Source of the DNA: Bispira polyomma
Taxonomy: Eukaryota
NCBI GenBank assembly: GCA_965649765.1
Contig: OZ287752.1
Span: 53,630,001 to 53,694,000 of the forward strand
DNA length: 64,000 bases
Direction of reading: 5' to 3'
A program made the position numbers and the translations under genes. A model generated the notes under the pieces. It was given only the letters and a program-made list of their open reading frames with translations. It was not told the origin of the DNA and ran no database searches. Below are positions 35,420-47,626 of the stretch, piece by piece (the stretch's first letter is position 1; each line of letters begins with the position of its first letter).

Positions 35420-36200
35420 AATATCTAGTACATTACCTCATTAGATTATAACATCGCAGCATTAGATTACATAACAATGTGTACATGTGATAAACATTAA
35501 TCATAAAAGTACCGACATCGATTGAGGCAGCCATAACATACAAGTTATAATACGTTAACCATGAAGTTGTTATATAAAAAATTAACATTATGATAGAAAA
35601 TACTGTATACAGTTTAGTAAACATGGCCAGCCCCAACAAAGGAGGAAGGGAGATTACATGTGATGATACTTTTGTAGTAGATGTTGGAAGGAAGATGGAC
35701 GGCATCTGATGCCATGGGGTATGCAATATATTGCCACACACTGTCACTAGTCCAGGTGCCCTGGGCCTGAATGTGATGAATTGGGACATAAGAGTGACCT
35801 TCTGAAAACATTAAATGTATACTGGGCTGGATTGAGGCCCAGAGAAAAGTTATTGCATTTAAGTTGTTTGATGACTTGTGAGTCACTCAAGGGAAGAGAC
35901 TGGACAGTTCCAGTTTGCAAAAGGGGAGAATTGGGCTCTGAAGGAAGTGAGAGATTAAAAAGTAGTTATAGAGTAGGGTAACCGCAATAGCAGGAATTTT
36001 AATGACGGCAAGATGAACAGAGGGATCTAAGGTGAGAGAGAAATGAGGGACCATACTGGCCAATCTTAGAAATTAATATTGAGTATTCAAGGGTGAAATG
36101 GAATGTTTCTATGCAATGATTTAATTAACAGTATCACTTTTTGATGAGCAAGCATGAAATGGGGAAGGCCATCCAATTAGAATTTAATACTAGGAGCTGG
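35420..36200 (-). mobile_element. Tyrosine-recombinase fragment of a second DIRS/Ngaro-like element
   Basis: HHIQAQGTWTSDSVWQYI (YR C-terminal W and catalytic Tyr), followed by GTTGGGGCT as after the YR at 42843. Confidence 0.7.
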
Positions 36201-37895
36201 AAGATTATTATATGTGGCGGCCAGAGAACAAACTATATTAGCCAAAACCTCATTATGACTTCTACAGTTAATCCTGACCATGGCGTTTTTGTACATACCA
36301 TAAAACCTATAAAAGTTCTAAAGTTACAATTGTATGACTTTTATATTTTTTTCAGCATAAGCCGACCACAGCCTCTTTATGGTTACAGTAATTAATTAAT
36401 CTAAAAAAGGAGTGCCTAGAAGATACATAACACAAGTTAACAAGAATTGCAATACAGGCTCATTGCATACCTGTGCCACCGGAGTACACTGCAGTGACTG
36501 TCTCATAAGACAAACATTGTCCACCCATCAGATTACATCACATAAGACTAAAACAAACTTCAGGAGGTGGGCCAAGGGGCTATTCCCTACATAATATATT
36601 ACAGGTAAAAAGAGACTTACAGGGCTAGAACCCGATACCTATGGCACCTAATTGGCTAGCAGAGGACAATCCGGCCTCTTAGAGGTTTTTGACACACCAT
36701 ATTTCCCTCCTCAGCAACCACTGTTTCACCAGACAGGCTACTCTTCTGCGTGTCATGTCCTGCCTTCTCCTGAGATAATTAAAACTAGCTAAACTAGTTC
36801 TCATCATAACATAATTAAAGCCTCTATACCCTGTATAAGTTGAACTTGATGCCCTACTTGTAGATTTATCTTGCCCACTATGTAATACCATGTGATTTCC
36901 TTTTATTGTGTGAAAACTCCATATCTCTAACAAAACTAGACAAGACAAAACTATATAACAACCTCTTAAATGTGCATTAACACAGTCACACCGTTAACAA
37001 CGTTTATAAATGTCCATTTATGTGTGTTTCATTGTTACAACCATTACTTAACCACAGTCACAGCATCCCACATCTCAATGTTGTCTAGGCATGGATGTCT
37101 CTGATCGTTTGTTGTAAGATGAAAGCTATTTCCAGGTTTTATGACAAGCTAAAAAACAAGTTACATTATATTCTAGTTACGTCTGATATATCTTATATGT
37201 GTAAATGGGGTACTGGTCAAATATAATACTTCAGTGTTATTGGTAAAGTGTGATATATTGATTTAATATGGATTTTTGTACTATGATAAATACGTTCATT
37301 TCTGGCAGACTATAAAATAGGGTGCCTCGGAGGATATCAATGGAATTAATTAGGTAAAAGATATGCATTGTGAAGCTGGACGTCATTTCTATGTTGCATA
37401 TTATTGGACTATTTGACTATTATATGGATCATTTTTGATTTAGTATTGTCTGTCTTGTAACAAATTGAATCACTATTTTTCAGTAATATATTATTTAACT
37501 ATTGATCACTAAAAAAATTTAAAAAAAAATACCATAATAATTTGCCATTTTAAGTGTTCAAAAGGGCTTCCAGTATAAATGATTTGCACAGCAGGCCCCT
37601 TTAGGGGACTGATAGTTCAGTCCAAATACAAACCCCTATTATACTTGACAACCTTAATTTCGGTTACACCAGAGCTACATGTAGCAATTTACTGAGCTAC
37701 TAGCCAAACACAGCCCACACACTTGTTGTTTAGGCTTCATTTTTTAAATCACCATTTGAATCTTCATTTAACCTGTAGATTTTGAATGAAGTGAAAAATA
37801 TCTTTACGAAACAAATGGACTATGTATATTTTATTTTACTATTTTAACTTTGTTTTTGTTGTACATTACACGGTGCATATTGTGAAAGAATCAAC

Positions 37896-39226
37896 ATGGG
37901 TCGTACCAAGAAAACGCCCACTCGGGTTTCAGTGAAAAAAGTCAACAAAGAAACCATTCATCACAAGGAAGACAATGAAGGAAAGATCCTTTAGTTCAGA
38001 ACCTTGACGGCCAATTATCTGCCAGCCAATTATCTCAAGTAGCGGGCACCTCTAGTAGTAACAATTCTCCTCAACAGGTGTATAGCGATGCATCGCCTAT
38101 TATGGCATCGCGGGGACCCCTGCTTAGACCGGGTTCGGACACAGCCGGCAGCCAAAATTCTGATCAGATGCTAGCCATCCTCATGAGACTGGAATCGTCC
38201 AATGCTGACATAGCTGGTCGCTTACAGAAGGTTGAACAATAAGCAGCAAAGAATACACCCACGTTACATACTCCTCCTCTTCTCGGAACTGGTCTTGACT
38301 TGACCATTGGGCAGATGGCAGCCACAGCTTTCCTCAGCGCAAAATATGTCCCAACACACAACCAAGCTACTACAGGCCAGGTTGCGTCCGGGTTACAACA
38401 ACAGACAGGTTACATTTCTCACCCAGCAGCTAAGGGTAACGCTGCGTTTGGCTCCCCATACAGGCAAGCAGTGTTGAATCAGCTTACATGCAAAATACTA
38501 GACGAGACGTCCCTGTACCAACACACACAGTCTACACGGGACATAAATTCCAACGAGATGGGATTGTACCAAACCTCGATGCTCTAAGATTACTACCACA
38601 TGTTAACACAAGATAAGGCATCCCTTAAACATAAATCAGGGCGCTTAAACAATACAGATGTTACCACTGTGGACCCTGGAGTAAGATAGCCCAATGAAGG
38701 TTGGGTAGAGGGCTTCTCCAAGAAAAATCTGACGTTTGACAAACTCACAATGCTACAGTGAAATGGAAATGAAGGATATAATAAGGCAGGTATTTTCAGC
38801 ACTCAGAGATGCTTTATCGCTCCATGGCACATTGTCAGGACAGCCTGGGCCCTCAGCATGCACGAGGTTGAGGAGGGTTGGCTGTCCTGGCAGAATGATA
38901 CTCAGTGGTCCCTGAACAGAATCAGTGCCTCTCATCTAGCTGTGATCAACAGTGCAAATGTAGGTAACAATAACAGCAACAATGAATCTAAGCTTATTTG
39001 TAAACTGTATAACAATGGCAAGTGTAGCCACAAGTCAGACCACAATAACTACAAGCATATTTGCTGTCATTGCAGCCGAATCCTAGGAAAGGAATCGAAC
39101 CATCCCAAGTTCAAATGCTACAAGGCCAATATTAAACAGCTTGACAGCCAGGTGAATCAAGGAAAGCAAATCCAGATCTTATTTCAACAACCAGGAGAAC
39201 GAACAATATGTGCAGAGTATAATTAA
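37896..39226 (+). pseudogene. YR-retrotransposon ORF1 (gag-like, Cys/His zinc fingers), disrupted
   Basis: HEVEEGWLSW..CKLYNNGKCSHKSDH..HICCHC..HPKFKC. Confidence 0.75.
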
Positions 39227-40149
39227 TGAATGAGAACACTAGTGAGACTAAAACTGTGATTATTCTTGACAATTTTAATGAGGTTGATAGGATATTGCCT
39301 CATGGTAATCAGAATGTTGACTGTGTTAATGACAATGAAAGTATAATACGGAATAAGGTGAACATATTGTACTCCAGTAATGTTGTAGAGATTTCAGATG
39401 AGGGCATAGTGGCTGATCACAACTGTGTATCAGAGCATTATGACTTATACTTGTATGATAATTTGCAGTCCAGCTTCAGTATTAACAATCAATTTCAGAA
39501 TTGTATCAGCAAGTCAACTGATAACTTCAACGAGTCCCAGAACTATAGTGGTACTTTTAAAAAGGCAATGTTACAGAAAGATAGTAAAAACCAGGTAGAA
39601 CTAACAATTACTGTCACCAATTGGCAACACTTCTGTCAAAAATGGTCCATCTGGGCCCCATAATTTTCTTAAATTGCAACTATAAGAAAATTAAAGGTTT
39701 TCAGAAAATGAACTATCATAGTCGGGACAATGAAATTAAGTACATACCTGTGTTTAATGTGCCTCGAGAAAGACTGCAAATTATAGACATATATGTCACA
39801 GCCGTCTACTGTGATCAGACAGTAAAGTTTAAAAAATTGATACGTGAGGTAACTCCATGTGATGCTGAGGACATAAAATAGGCAGTTTTTTTACAATTTT
39901 AACAGAGATGTAGAATGCTATCAACAGTATTGCTGTGACTATTCTGAACATATAACCATTGAAATTATATGTGATGAAAAATGGAATGTTAATAGCGGTG
40001 ACAGCACAATTAGCAGTGCAGATAAAGAAAAAGTAAGCACTGCATGTGGACACGATACTCTAAAGAGTGTGTCTTGTGATAAAATATACACTTGTCCGAT
40101 CCGTGATTGCTTCTTCCAAACTAATGGGGTCAATGCTAACCACACTTCT

Positions 40150-41860
40150 GACATTAAGGGAAATTTTGACAGCAGTCAACCTGCGAAAAAAGTGGGGTTC
40201 ATTCCTCTATCTTAAACAAAATTTAAGTTTATTGGTCCTCTTCAGAAACCAATAAAAATTGACTCAGTTAACAAAATTAAAGAAATTGCTGCTATAGTTA
40301 GAGGCACGAACCTCCCTAATTATAGACAGGCTAGAATTCCCTTGATTTCGGGGTTACACCATACAGCTTGGGAGTAAATGCTCGCTGATTATCCAGATCG
40401 ATTGTTCTTATAATATATAAAATTTGGATTTCCTCTATCACTTACAGAACCAGAAAAGTTGAATAACTTTAAGATTGTTAATCATTACTCTGCTCTGCAA
40501 TTCACTAAGGAAGTTGGGCAATATCTTGAAAAAGAAAAGTCAAAGGGGCCAATGTTAGGCCCAGTTAAGCAAGTGAATTCCCCACACTAAGACTGCTTAC
40601 ACCTCTTAAATAGACCCAAGGACACAGACAAATGTAGGGTAATTTTAAATCTTTCTTATCTCCAAGGGCAGTCATTGAATGAAAATGTGGATAAAGCACT
40701 GTTCGATGGGGTCAAATTCACTTTAAAATTTCCTAATATTGATGATATACAGAAGCGTTACGGGCTACTACAGATCCAGTGCTGGCCCGAGCATTCTGTA
40801 ACTTAAGGGTAGATCCCGCTGATGCGCTGAAATTAGGTATAGAATTTGCTGAAAGGTCAATACATTGACCCTGAGGTCGTGTTTGGGTGGGTACATGTAA
40901 GCGTGGCCTTCCAGCGTTGTTCGGATGCCATAGCAACAATGTCTAAAAGTATTAAAGTATTTTGTTACATCGATGACTACATATGTGTATGTACTAAAAA
41001 TAAGGCTGATAAGGGTTTCCACATTCTTAAGGATTTACTACTAAAGTTAGATTTTCCTACCTCCCACAACTCGCCTTACATGTTTAGGCATAGATTTTGA
41101 CATCATTGCTAGCACCATTAGCATACAACAAGAAAAACTTATAGGCATAATGCAAATGATAAATGAGACATCTAAAAACACATTTCGCTCACACAGTTTC
41201 AGTCCTTGTTAGAAAAATTAGTATATGTTCACAAATGTGTGAAACCAGCTGGAACTTTCATAAATAGATGATTATTAGATTTTAGAAAAGATCATAGTAC
41301 CAAAAAATTCACAATGTCTGCTGAAATGCATAGTGATAAAGATTGGTTTCAAAATTTTTTACCACAATACAATGGTATATTATACATTAACCATAAGGAC
41401 ATTTCACACATTGACGAGTTCTATTTTGACGCCTGCTTATCAGTTTTAGGAGGTGTTTGGATCAAAGAAGTATAGTCTATACCATATTACAACTTGTATG
41501 GGAGAGATTAGACTCTAGTGCATCTAGAGATACTAAATATTGTTTTGGCTCTGAAAATTTGGGGTGAAAAATGGCCTTACTGATAATTCACTCTGATAAC
41601 ATGGCCGTTGTATTGATTGTTGAAAGTCAGAAGACAAAAGACAATTTTCTAGCGTTATGTTTTGGGAATATTTGGCTGCTTACAGCTACATATGAGATTA
41701 GTAGTGATAGTAGGCACATTCCAGGCAAAAAAACGTCATAGCAGATGCCCTGTCCAGAATATACTGTCAAACTCCGCCCTGCAGGAACATGTTACAAAAC
41801 CTATACAAAAATTATGTTTGGAATTTAGTACCTATCCAACATTTTGACCTAAATTTTTAA
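40150..41860 (+). pseudogene. YR-retrotransposon reverse transcriptase/RNase H, disrupted
   Basis: PNYRQARIP, YIKFGFPL, NHYSAL, CRVILNLSY, YIDDY, DACLSVLGGVW, HLEILNI, ADALSR. Confidence 0.88.
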
Positions 41861-41871
41861 CATAATTACAG

Positions 41872-42843
41872 GTGCTACTGCCATCAGTTGCAATTCATCA
41901 CTTCAGCATGTGGCAGAAACGACACAGCTCTGATACCAAAGACTTCTACTGCTTATAAAAATCAATTTAGAAATTTCCTTGCCTTCAATAAATTTGCAGG
42001 CATTTCAACCATTTCTGTACATTCTGTATTGGTTTTTATGGAATATTTAACACAAAATAACATTTCCCTTGCTGCGGTGGCAAACTATCTCTCTGCTTTG
42101 AAATTTATGGCTAGGAAATAGAACTGAGATTTAGCCCCTTTCAATCACAATTCTGTAGCACTATTTGTCATTCATTGTATTACAATCAATCACAATTTCG
42201 TCTAAGACCCAATGGATTGTTTGACATTGCACAATTGGCACAGATATCAGTAGCATGTTCCATTTTGGATGATCCTATACTATATAGATCTATCTTCATG
42301 GTTGCTTTTTTTGCATTCCATAGATTGTCCAACATTGCCCCACACTCAAGGGCTTCATTTGACAGCTCTAGGCATTTCCTGAGACAGGACGTAATTTTTG
42401 GACATCCAGGGCCCACATTATTTTGAAATGGGCAAAAAATTTACAGAATTGACACACATGTAATACAAATCCCACAATTAGAAAATAAGCTCATCTGCCC
42501 AGTATCAGCTTTACAAAAATTACTAGCTTCTAGACACTTTCCTCCTTCTGCACCACTTTTTGCAGTCGCTGGTATTCCACAGTATACGGTTGTAGAAACT
42601 CATGTCAGAACAGCATTGGAAAATGTTTTAACACACATTGGCATCAAATATTCTTCACATGGCTTCCATACGTTTAGACATTCTGGAGCTTCATTTGTAT
42701 TCAATCATAAAGTATCTCTATAAAACATAATGACTCATGGGCTATGGAGATCATCCTTAGTTTGGGCTTACCTACAGAAAACATGAGAGGCAGCATCAGT
42801 AGGGCCTCATAGTTTTGCCTCAGCCATTCCTCCTTCTCTTTAG
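41872..42843 (+). pseudogene. Tyrosine recombinase of the YR retrotransposon, disrupted
   Basis: AFFAFHRLSNI, CPV, HGFHTFRHSGA, HGLWRSSLVWAY. Confidence 0.88.
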
Positions 42844-44291
42844 TTGGGCTTGGGGCTTAAAATTACTTAGTTTTCACCATTATATAATTGTTTCTCTATA
42901 CATATACTACTAACATGTATGTAAATAAAAGCTCAATCTGAACCGTTTTACTGACTCACACAAACATCACAATTGAACTTACACCTTTATAACTTAACAT
43001 CTGCAATTGAACTTATACCTTATACCTTGCGGTTACACCAGAGCTATATGTAGCTATTTACTGAGCTACTAGCCAATCAAAGCCCTTGTTGTTCAGTCTT
43101 CAGTTTCTAAAACACCATTTTTAATATTTTTTTTATTCAAGCTGTAGATTTCTAATGAACAACAAGTGAAAAAATATTTTTATGACCCACCACCTCCCCT
43201 ATAACCACAGCTTATTGCTTGACAAATGGTCAGCAATTTCAGCTGAGATATTATCTTATTTACCTCTTAACACTATTTTACAATAAGGCAAATAGTTCAT
43301 ACTGTAGAAGCTGATTAGCTGATTTGTTGTAATGGACTGATGGACGGATTCGAGCCGGTGGCCGTGTGAAGAGTTGATTCTGTCACTTATGCTTCCCCTG
43401 GGTCATATAATGCATCGCCAGAAGGGGGTATTGGGGGTATAAGGGGGTATAGGGGATTTAATCGACTGGCAGGATTTTACTAGCCTGTTGGTGCCCTAGA
43501 CCATTGACTCTTAATCTGAGACCGAAGCTCATGCCAGTAAATAACTTGTGTAAAGTTATTTTTGGTACTTTATTGAATTTTGTAATGTATGCTCACGCAC
43601 AGAAGTGAGAATTTATAGAAAATGGAAAAAAATTATGTGTTAATTATGTCAATCAAGGGTCCGTAACAGTGAGCTATGTCAAGTATCAAGAATGATGAAA
43701 ATGTGGTTTATGGACCATTTATGGTCATTTAAGATGTGGTTTATATGTCGATTTATGATGTAATTATTAGTATTCTATGTAACTTTTAGAAATGAACGTA
43801 CTATGTCACTTCTATAGCTTGGAATGTAATAAGAGTGTTTCCTTTTTTTAAATGTTTATGCTTACTATTGAATGATTTTATTGGCTAGTCCTTGTTACTT
43901 GTTATATATATTTGTACTTGGCTAGTCCTATTACGACTTCAGGCTTCCTGTTAGTCTTTAGTCCTTTGTGATTGGGGCCTAAAATTACTTAATTTTACCC
44001 ATTTTATAAATTGTTTCTCTGTACATATACCATTAAGATGTATATAAACAAAAGCTCAATCTGAACCGTTTTACTGACTTACACAAGCATCACAATTGAA
44101 CTTACACCTTTATAACTTAACATCTGCAATTGAACTGCAATTTTTAGTATGTACCGTAAACGTGAGCGCTGATTTTTTTGTACAAATTTCTCCCTTTTTC
44201 AGGAAAATACAGCCCTTCTGGGGGATAAGTGATATAGGTATGAATGAATTATGATGACTACCATAGAGGGACGTGCTATGGACAAGTCAAT

Positions 44292-44618
44292 TAAAAATAT
44301 GATCCTCTACATTACCATAACTGACAAAGTGGGTGATAATAGAAGATTTTTCGTGCTTCATTGGACCAGTTTATAAGCATTGCATGATCTATAAAATCAA
44401 TTACTATATTGAGGCAGTATACTAGTGAGTGTGCTTATGATGAACTTTAGAATAACCTTGATTTAAAAATATGATCCTTTAATGGACCAAAATAGACAAA
44501 GTGGGTGATAATAAGACTTTTCATGAGACCAGTTTATAAACTACTGTATGGACCACATATATTGATTACTATATTCAGACTGTATGCTAGGTTGCGTGCT
44601 TAGGATGAACACTAGAAC
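44292..44618 (+). repeat. Two ~170-bp tandem monomers in the LINE 5'UTR
   Basis: AAAAATATGATCCT..GACAAAGTGGGTGATAATA..GACCAGTTTATAA..GATGAAC repeated. Confidence 0.75.
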
Positions 44619-44811
44619 ATCAGAGGAGACATATTAAATGTAATATATTTAAATATGACACTGCTAGCTCATTAATTACTATTAATAAGTGTGTGTTTAA
44701 TCGACAGTGTTAAACTTACAGAGTTCTGGGCAGTGCAAACTTATACAAAGACAAGATTTTAAATCTATCTGGTAGATACATAGTCAATCTTTAATTACTA
44801 ACGTAAAAGTG

Positions 44812-45997
44812 ATGGATGACAGTTATTTGGAAGCAACCCCAATCTTCTCTGACAAGAGAAGAGAAAGGCATTGGAGGACAGCCCAAAATTTCTATTCAGT
44901 AAGGCTGAACTATCACAATTATTAGATGAGAAATTAGAACCTTTAAAAAGTGACATTGCCGGTCTTAAAGACTCTTTTGCAGCTGATAAGCTTAAAAATC
45001 TTGAGCATGAAAATAGTGAACTTAAGTCAGAGCTGAAACTGTTGAGAGAAAAAGTAACTTCAAATGAACTATTTCTACGAAAAAATAACATTTTCTTCTA
45101 TGGTATGGCACCCAGGGAGGAGAAGACTCTGAAAGTCTCCTGCTAGGCATCCTACGCGAAATACGCCTGGATTTTAATTCCAGAACCTTTGAGCGAGTTC
45201 ACAGATTGGGGTTTCCAAAGAGAGGCCAAAATAGACCCATTATTGCCAGAGTAGCGCATTTCAAAGACAAACTGCTAGTTTTTTCCAAACGCAGAATTCT
45301 GCAAGAGAAAATCGGGATTAATATCAGTGATGATTACCCCAAGGAGATGACGAATAAACGCAAGCTGCTATATCCAATATTAAAACAAGCACAGAGTAAG
45401 GGATATAATGTGCAGCTTAAAGGTGATAAACTTTTCCTAAATAGACAGATGTATACTACTGACTCCCTTGATAAGCTACCAGATGATTTGAAGCCGGAAC
45501 ACGTTTTCACACCTTCAAAAAATGGCATCACAGCCTTTTTTTACTGAAGTGTCGCCCCTGTCAAACCACTTTCCATGTGTTTTCTCAGTAACAGGAGAAG
45601 TGTTCAACTGTACTGAACAATACTTAATGAAGCATAAGGCAATAACATTCAAAGACAGTCGCACAGCCGATATGATAATACAGAAAAAAGAACCAGCAAG
45701 GCAGAAGGCAATGGGGAAAAACATTAAAAACTTTGATAGTAAGGTGTGGAAAAGTGTTTCCCAAGAGACAAGCATAGAGGACTCTCAGCAAAGTTCAAGC
45801 AAAACCAGTCGTTGACAAAATTCCTTCTTGCGACAGGTGACACATAAATTGTGGAGGCTAACAGGGCAGACTCTCACTGGGGTGTGGGACTAGGTTTGTA
45901 GGACAATAAACTTTGGGACTCTAAATATCACACTGGAAAGAATCTTCTGGGTCAACAGCTAATGACGCTCAGAGCCGAGCTCAAAGTGAATGACTAG
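44812..45997 (+). pseudogene. LINE ORF1: coiled coil + L1-type RRM/CTD + C-terminal NADAR (YbiA-like) domain, frameshifted
   Basis: NNIFFYG, FERVHRLG..RPIIAR..ISDDYP; then SPLSNHFPC..TEQYLMKHKA..AKFKQN..LLATG..IVEANRADSHWGVG..GKNLLGQQLMTLRAEL. Confidence 0.85.
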
Positions 45998-47626
45998 GAC
46001 ATAAATCACAGTTTTGTAAAAAAAGAAACAAGTAAAAAGCTGGTAGAGTAAACAGAAACCAGTAAATTTAAAGACTGGTAGTACTTTAAATCTAATATAG
46101 ATGGGCTCATTAGTAATTATATTAAAACTATTTTTGGCTATTTGAAAAGCATATTAACTTCTGCAGTTGAATTAGAAAATGCAAATGCTACTCTTGTTTT
46201 GAGTTAAATTGTAAATATGCTAATATCACTGGAAAGGGCTGTTACGAGTTTTCAGAATCCAGTAAATGTACAAATTGGTAGTAATTTAAATCTGAAATAA
46301 CATGCCTAATTTATGACTAATTATAGTAAAAACAAATTTGAGTATCAAAAATTTGTGTTAGCTTTGGATACTGAATTAGAAAATGCAAGAGTAATCCGAA
46401 GATTTCAACCAAAATATTGTGGAGTAAATCTGCTGTTACAGTACTGGATACTAAGGGTGTGACGAGGACCTAAATGTGAGCTCTTGGTGATCGCGGAAAA
46501 GGCTGGCATGAGCTTTTAAAAACCAGTAAATTTTTAAATTGTCAGTACATTCTTATCTATATTTAATGTAACATGCCTAAATTATGGCTAATTGTAGGTT
46601 TAAAATAATGTGTTAGTTTTGTTAAAGTAATGTCAATTTTTGTTACTTATTATTAGAAAACATAAATGTTCTTTTTTTTATCTCCTTTAGAGTGAGATCA
46701 CCAAATGGTTAAAGTAATTAGTCAGCTGTTTATCTTGCCAGGGGAGCACTGTTATTTTGATGTTAATATTCAACATGGAAAGCTTTCATTTAGTAAAACA
46801 TGCTGTCACATTTGAAATATCATCTACTATTGGTAGAATGACTTTTGGTTTTTTTAGTTAAATTGTAAATATTCCAGCTTCACTGGTACAATGTATTATG
46901 ATCTGTTTCAAAGATTTCAACCAAAATACTGTTGTAGTATATATGCACTTACAGTAATGATTACTAGATACAACTTAGATAGAGCAAGAGTGCAAGAGTG
47001 CCTCAGATAAAATTACTTGTCATTTGTTTTACCCGGGAACACTATTGTGTTTGATGTTAACACTCAATGTTAACGTGAACATTAATGCAAAGAGTTCACC
47101 TATTCAGTGTATTGTAATTGAGTTGTATGCATAAGATCAAAGATTTTTTGGCTTTTCACTTGGTTAGTGCAAGACTGCCTTAGTTAAAGTAACATATCAG
47201 TTCTTTGTTTTGCCCGGGAAACACTATTGTTTTGATGTTAACACTTATTACTTATGCGAATGTATTTGGATTACTTTGTTGGCATTAGATCATTCAAATA
47301 CCTTTTAATATCCAAAGTATTGTATACAAGGGAAGCTTGTACAAGAATTATCTCACAATTACTTATCATGTTTGTATCTAAGTGCTGGTGCGTGTTGTGG
47401 TTTTTTTTATTGTAACAAATGCCATACTTTGTGGTTCAATACAAATGAAGAATTATTTGTCAGTAGTAGAAAATATTCATGTTGTGAAAAGTTTTGTACA
47501 AGTATACAAAGTTTCATGTTTAAAAAGTATTTATTTTTTAATTATAACTTGTTGGAAACGATTGTTTGCGAATTGGTATCTCTGGTTCATTCTTCTTGTC
47601 TGTAGGGAGTCCCATAGTAAATTTCG

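Noticed and set aside
36679-36948. Arg-rich ORF resembling a Harbinger transposase N-terminus
   Set aside because: No catalytic motifs or TIRs found nearby.
39226-39881. Asn-rich ORFs as separate genes
   Set aside because: Lie inside the YR retrotransposon between gag and RT; low complexity, broken frames.
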